Source: an uncultured virus (IMG/VR IMGVR_UViG_3300047160_009708)
Lineage: Duplodnaviria > Heunggongvirae > Uroviricota > Caudoviricetes
IMG/VR virus record: IMGVR_UViG_3300047160_009708
DNA: 20,000 nt
Reading direction: 5' to 3' (one strand)
Positions within the stretch are counted from its first letter, which is position 1; each line of letters opens with the position of its first letter. The translations under genes were made by a program, and so were the position numbers. The notes beneath the pieces were generated by a model that made no database searches, was not told the DNA's origin, and worked only from the letters and a program-made list of their open reading frames with translations. Shown here piece by piece: positions 16,060 to 20,000 of this stretch.

Positions 16060-16283
16060 GGTGCTTCCTTCCTGGGGAAGAGCGGGACAACAAACGCCAC
16101 GGGCACCCGGACAACATTGAGCAGGCCCGGCTTCGTCGGGTCGGTCTGCACGAACACGGTGGCGTGGCCGCCGTGCTCGGACTGGAACCAACCGGCCCGG
16201 CCGGTCGGCACGACGCCAAAGCACGTGTGCGCGTCCCGCGTGAACCGGACGCAATCGCCATATTCGAGTTTATTGGTGTTCAT
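16056..16283 (-). CDS. Small hypothetical protein
   Basis: AAGGAG RBS; ATGA overlap (MNTNKLEYGDCV...). Confidence 0.7.
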   Translation of the reverse strand: MNTNKLEYGDCVRFTRDAHTCFGVVPTGRAGWFQSEHGGHATVFVQTDPTKPGLLNVVRVPVAFVVPLFPRKEAP

Positions 16284-16663
16284 GACTGGCTCCTTTCGAG
16301 TTGCTCTAGCTCCTCGCGGTAGAAGTCGGCCCAAAGCTCGGTGACCTCGCTCGGGCTCTCCTCGATAGCTTCGGCGACATATCGCACGCCGTCGGTCGTC
16401 AGGGGGTTCTCCAGAAACGCGCCGACCTTGGTACCGTCGGACAGCGTGATCGCGTTCAAGCAGTGCTCGTGGTTGCCGCAATGCTGCGGGCAATCCGACT
16501 CACCGCCGCCGTCGGTGAACGGTCCCTTCGGAAACTCGCCGCTGTCATAGCTGGTCTGGTCGTGTTCACAAGCCGGTGCGTGGCCCTCCCAGCGAATGCG
16601 CCTGCGAATCTTCTCAGCACACTCCTCACAGTAGACGTCGGCGTCGTAGATGTAGGCGTTCAT
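16280..16663 (-). CDS. Hypothetical Cys-containing phage protein
   Basis: YDADVYCEEC...ESDCPQHC...FLENPLTTDGVRYV; purine-rich leader. Confidence 0.8.
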   Translation of the reverse strand: MNAYIYDADVYCEECAEKIRRRIRWEGHAPACEHDQTSYDSGEFPKGPFTDGGGESDCPQHCGNHEHCLNAITLSDGTKVGAFLENPLTTDGVRYVAEAIEESPSEVTELWADFYREELEQLERSQS

Positions 16664-16719
16664 TTTCGTGTCCTGCCTTTCTACCTATACTACGCTCGCC
16701 GTATGCAATTGGTTTTATA

Positions 16720-17121
16720 TTATGGGATCGACTCGGGCGGCACGTAGCCTGCTGGCGGCAGGTCGGTGTCCCAAAGCTGCTGGGGGAGGGTCGTGTAATC
16801 GCTCAGTTGTCCATTCACCAGGTCGGGGAACAGGGGCGGGAACGGGTCCGGATAGCCTGGCGGCACGTTCGACTGCATCGCCACCAGGCTAGAGGTGACG
16901 CTGACCCAGATGAACTTGTGGCCCTCGACGAACGGGCGGATCTGGGGCCCACCGGCCCAGAGGCAGATTTGCGGCCAGGCCGCCGCCGCCGCGTTCTGGA
17001 TGGTGTCGCTGGCGATCACGATCGGCGCGGGCGTGGGGCCGATGGGCGCGATCGGGCCGACGTGCGGGATGCCGCCGTTGCCTTCGATCCACGCCTGAAC
17101 GGTCACGTGGTAGGTATTCAT
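16720..17121 (-). CDS. Hypothetical Pro/Trp-rich protein
   Basis: GGGAG RBS; has its own upstream promoter candidate. Confidence 0.65.
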   Translation of the reverse strand: MNTYHVTVQAWIEGNGGIPHVGPIAPIGPTPAPIVIASDTIQNAAAAAWPQICLWAGGPQIRPFVEGHKFIWVSVTSSLVAMQSNVPPGYPDPFPPLFPDLVNGQLSDYTTLPQQLWDTDLPPAGYVPPESIP

Positions 17122-17151
17122 GATGTCGCGCTCCCAGGGTTAAAACGTTCC

Positions 17152-17180
17152 AGTATTACGTACGGTCTATAGACAGTCAA
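17152..17180 (-). promoter_or_regulatory. Sigma70-type promoter candidate
   Basis: TTGACT-17 nt-AATACT. Confidence 0.55.
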
Positions 17181-17275
17181 AAGTTTTGCGGTTACCGGTG
17201 GCAGAGCACGGGTGTGCATGATAGAGTGAGGTTTCGGTCGTTTTCGAGGCAACAGAATTACTCAGGAGTTTACCC

Positions 17276-17950
17276 ATGAAACGGTTCTTGTGGGCGGTGT
17301 TTGCCCTGGCGGCGCTGGCGGTTCCTGCGGCGGCGCAGGCGGGGTTGATCGTCGAGACGGACAGTGGCTCAATCGGCGCGTTCAGCGCCATGAACAAGGG
17401 CGTGGTCGCGGGCACGGCCACCATCGTGTTCGACGTTCCGAACGTATCGGCATTCATGGATTCGGTGAACGGCGGGTTCATCCCGCCCGAAGCCACGGCA
17501 GTCAATGCACCGGTCACGATGCTCGTGAAGATGACGAGCCCAGACGTGTACAAGGTCACCCTGGTTCCCATGACGTATGTGCAAACGATCGGGGCCACGG
17601 TGGGCATGCAGGCGATGCTCGACTTCTCGCTTGACCGGGGCGCGACGCCGAACGCGCTCAACAATTTTTTCAATGTCAGCGGCTTTATCACCAGTGTTGC
17701 TGCCAATAGCAACCCGCTGTTCGACTTCAGTAATTTCAAGAACACCGGCACCATCAACATCACGTTCACCGCAACCACGTTTGGCGGCGGCGCGTCGGAC
17801 TTCGTGTCATTCATCGCCACGCCGGGCGCGACGGCGGTGGGCAACGGCTCGTTCAGCGAGGCGGTCGTGCCCGAACCGACCTCGGTGCTGCTCATGGGCC
17901 TCGGGCTCCCGGCCGTTGCCATGACCCTGGTCGTGAGCCGCCGCCGGTAA
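17276..17950 (+). CDS. PEP-CTERM sorting-domain surface protein
   Basis: AGGAG RBS; signal peptide MKRFLWAVFALAALAVPAAAQA; C-terminal VPEPTSVLLMGLGL + TM + RRR. Confidence 0.92.
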   Translation: MKRFLWAVFALAALAVPAAAQAGLIVETDSGSIGAFSAMNKGVVAGTATIVFDVPNVSAFMDSVNGGFIPPEATAVNAPVTMLVKMTSPDVYKVTLVPMTYVQTIGATVGMQAMLDFSLDRGATPNALNNFFNVSGFITSVAANSNPLFDFSNFKNTGTINITFTATTFGGGASDFVSFIATPGATAVGNGSFSEAVVPEPTSVLLMGLGLPAVAMTLVVSRRR

Positions 17951-17963
17951 CGTCTCGGGATGC

Positions 17964-18040
17964 CGAGCGCGCCCGGTAGCGGGCGTTCCGCGTTCGTAAG
18001 GCTCACGCGGTTCGGCGGGGTGCAACTCCCCGAGCGCTCG
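17964..18040 (+). ncRNA. tRNA-like cloverleaf element (non-canonical)
   Basis: Closing stem cgagcgc/gcgctcg with arms gcccg-gtag-cgggc, ccgcg-13 nt-cgcgg and cgggg-TGCAACT-ccccg; no CCA. Confidence 0.4.
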
Positions 18041-18057
18041 ATGATGGAAATGTGCAG

Positions 18058-18085
18058 CCAGCGCCCCGTGTTCGCGGGGCGTTGG
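18058..18085. terminator. GC-rich hairpin between convergent genes
   Basis: ccagcgccccg-tgttcg-cggggcgttgg; U-tracts are weak. Confidence 0.45.
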
Positions 18086-18128
18086 TCGTGTTATAGTGGA
18101 ACCGTTGGTTGCCTCCGCGCGGCGGGCC

Positions 18129-18368
18129 TCATGAGGAGTGCTCGCCGCGTGTTTCTTCCTTGATGAACTGGCCGGTGTCGGCCCAGTGTTCCAGGTGTTG
18201 GGCTAGCTCGCGCACCTCGGAGCCGGTGAGCGTCTGGGCGTGGGCGTCGATCGTGAGGCAGGTGCCGGTCGCCGTGACGACCGGCTGCGTGCTCTTGAGC
18301 CGCTTGAGGTACAGGCCGTGCTCGATTGAGTAGTCGCCGTGCACGGCGCGCGTGACGTCGAAGTGCAT
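18129..18368 (-). CDS. Hypothetical protein (79 aa)
   Basis: GGAGG RBS; ends with ELAQHLEHWADTGQF. Confidence 0.72.
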   Translation of the reverse strand: MHFDVTRAVHGDYSIEHGLYLKRLKSTQPVVTATGTCLTIDAHAQTLTGSEVRELAQHLEHWADTGQFIKEETRGEHSS

Positions 18369-18369
18369 G

Positions 18370-18639
18370 TCAATCCTCCTGGGGTTGCGGGGTCGCGTTG
18401 CCGTACGAATCGACGAAGTAGAGCGGCAGCTTCCGTGCTACGCTCTCGTATGTGCCCGCCACCCGCGCGGCGGTCCGGGTCGCGTGCATGCTGAGGCAGC
18501 GGATCTCCTCGCCGTCCTCGGTGCACAGGCTGACACAGTAGGGCTCGAAGCTGGCGTCAGGCGCGCCATCGAGCGAGGCTTCGTGGATATCGTGGTCAAA
18601 CCACACATCGATGCGTTGCGAGACTTTGATGTGTTTCAT
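18370..18639 (-). CDS. Hypothetical protein (MKHIKVSQ...)
   Basis: AGGAGG RBS; ATGA overlap. Confidence 0.72.
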   Translation of the reverse strand: MKHIKVSQRIDVWFDHDIHEASLDGAPDASFEPYCVSLCTEDGEEIRCLSMHATRTAARVAGTYESVARKLPLYFVDSYGNATPQPQED

Positions 18640-18953
18640 GGCTGTCCTCCTTCCTCTTGCTCCCACTGTTGCCAGCGCTCGAACGCCTTGACCTCGGGGT
18701 CGCTGTCCTCGCCCCACCGGCAGTCGAGGGCCTTCTCCACCATGCGCCCGCACAGGCGCTTGGCGTCGTCGAGTGTCGCAAAGTGCTCCAGCACCTCGGC
18801 GGGCTCGTAGCATTCCACCACGGTGTCGCCGCCCGCCTCATAGTGCTCCTCGCACATGGCGAACACCGAGTCCACGAATGCGATCTGCTCGGGGGTCGCC
18901 GTGGCGAGCCAGTCCGTGTAGATCGGCAGCGTTCCGGACTTGAGCCGTTTCAT
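18636..18953 (-). CDS. Hypothetical phage protein (105 aa)
   Basis: EEHYEAGGDTVVECY; GGAGGTG RBS; ATGA overlap. Confidence 0.78.
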   Translation of the reverse strand: MKRLKSGTLPIYTDWLATATPEQIAFVDSVFAMCEEHYEAGGDTVVECYEPAEVLEHFATLDDAKRLCGRMVEKALDCRWGEDSDPEVKAFERWQQWEQEEGGQP

Positions 18954-19201
18954 TGCTCACCTCCTCGATAGTTGCGTATGATCGCCGCGACCTCATAGAG
19001 ACCAAGGCCATAGCGGGTCCCGGCCCAGTGGCCGGTCGGCGGGTTGTACTCGCAGCTAATCGTGTAACCGAATGCGCCGCAAAACACCTCGAACACCCTG
19101 AAATGTTCGTCCACGCACCGGCCCAGGATCAGGTCACTATCTCCCTGATTCATGGCCCGTAGCCGACTCATAATTTCCGTTGCCGTCAGTTCGCGTCTCA
19201 T
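18950..19201 (-). CDS. Hypothetical protein (MRRELTAT...)
   Basis: AAGGAG RBS; ATGA overlap. Confidence 0.68.
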   Translation of the reverse strand: MRRELTATEIMSRLRAMNQGDSDLILGRCVDEHFRVFEVFCGAFGYTISCEYNPPTGHWAGTRYGLGLYEVAAIIRNYRGGEQ

Positions 19202-19758
19202 GATTGGGCTCCTTTCTCCTCGATCGCCTTGGCGATCGCCTTGGCGACCTTGACGTTGTTGCATGGGCTGCTGGCCAGGTACTCCACGTAGTCGAGCAGG
19301 GTCAGCGGTTGGCCGGTCTGGCGGTCCGTGAAGCCGTACGGATGTGGCTTCGTCTTGAGCGTGTCCCTGGCTTCGTCGAGCCGGGTCACCACACCCTTCG
19401 CCCACTCCCACTCGGCGGCCTCCTTGGCCAACCGCTTGGCCCGGTCGGCCTCGCGTTTGGCTAGCCGCTTCTGACCCTCGGCTGACTTACGATAGGCTTC
19501 GACTTCGGCGGAAAGCTGATTGTCGATGCGGCCGAGTTTCCGCACGCAGTCGCAACCCACCTTGAACTGCTTGCCGTCAATGCCTTCGATCAGGAAACAG
19601 TAGCGGATCGCAGTCATGCAAAAGTCGCACGAACTGCCCGGCTGGACCGGTGCGCCATCACAAGCCTGATAAGTCTTCTCGACCATGCCCGTGCAGTGGA
19701 ACGGGGCCTTGCCGAGTCCGGCCTTCTCGAACGGGTGTACCTCGGTGTTTTTGTTCAT
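19198..19758 (-). CDS. Hypothetical phage protein with Cys cluster (CDFC...GCDC) and coiled coil
   Basis: HPFEKAGLGKAPF...SCDFCMTAIRYCFLI...FKVGCDCV...PHP; first gene after a strong promoter. Confidence 0.8.
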   Translation of the reverse strand: MNKNTEVHPFEKAGLGKAPFHCTGMVEKTYQACDGAPVQPGSSCDFCMTAIRYCFLIEGIDGKQFKVGCDCVRKLGRIDNQLSAEVEAYRKSAEGQKRLAKREADRAKRLAKEAAEWEWAKGVVTRLDEARDTLKTKPHPYGFTDRQTGQPLTLLDYVEYLASSPCNNVKVAKAIAKAIEEKGAQS

Positions 19759-19784
19759 CGTTTCATCCTGCCTTTCCACCTACC

Positions 19785-19813
19785 AGTATAGCACCGGCTC
19801 TATATGGTGTCAA
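19785..19813 (-). promoter_or_regulatory. Strong sigma70-type promoter
   Basis: TTGACA-17 nt-TATACT. Confidence 0.8.
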
Positions 19814-20000
19814 GGCCATGTGGCTGTGTGCTCCTTGAACACACGCTCGACGGCGAGCACGAAGTAATACCAATTCCAGCCGTTAGCGTCGAAGACATCG
19901 CTCGCCCACGTGTGCTCCGACATCCACTCCTCGACGGCCACGGGCAAGCGCTCGAAGCGCTCGCCCTTGTTGGCCAGGTCCACCGCGACCGTCACGACCA
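19810..20000 (-). CDS. Hypothetical protein (3' part; starts beyond right edge)
   Basis: The frame is open from the window edge to the stop at 19810. Confidence 0.6.
   Translation of the reverse strand, partial: VVTVAVDLANKGERFERLPVAVEEWMSEHTWASDVFDANGWNWYYFVLAVERVFKEHTATWP

Noticed and set aside
17167..18006. 279-aa minus-strand ORF
   Set aside because: Antisense shadow of the clearly recognisable PEP-CTERM gene.
17964..18040. Functional canonical tRNA-Thr(CGT)
   Set aside because: 13-nt anticodon loop, no U8, TGC instead of TTC, mismatch at the base of the acceptor stem and no CCA; kept only as a tRNA-like element.
1..20000. CRISPR array, integrase/att site, reverse transcriptase (DGR or retron), rRNA
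   Set aside because: No regularly spaced repeats or corresponding protein motifs were found by eye.

Overview
GC-rich tailed-phage or prophage segment, almost entirely encoded on the minus strand. From right to left there are four blocks. (i) 13.6-20 kb: translationally coupled small early-type hypothetical genes, interrupted by a plus-strand PEP-CTERM gene and a tRNA-like structure. (ii) 10.2-13.6 kb: two HTH-type genes, a secreted CAP-domain protein, a Pro-rich protein and a small 2-TM protein. (iii) 8.5-11 kb: an ArdC-type antirestriction gene and two plus-strand HNH endonuclease genes. (iv) 1-8.4 kb: terS, terL, seven small inserted genes (KTSC, HiPIP-like, His/Gly-rich and others), a DUF935/Mu-gp29-like portal fused to an HExxH zincin domain, and a next gene, absent from the ORF track and running off the left edge, that repeats the 'WD..KHPRGQPENAGEFA + zincin' module. 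The PEP-CTERM and CAP genes suggest a Gram-negative, possibly planctomycete, host (inference). The most notable observations are the duplicated portal-linked peptidase module, a conserved structured 5' leader shared by two unrelated HNH genes, a 25-bp hairpin covering the ardC promoter and RBS, and a TAT-N12-ATA motif at four promoter regions. All family assignments come from motif recognition by eye; no searches were run.
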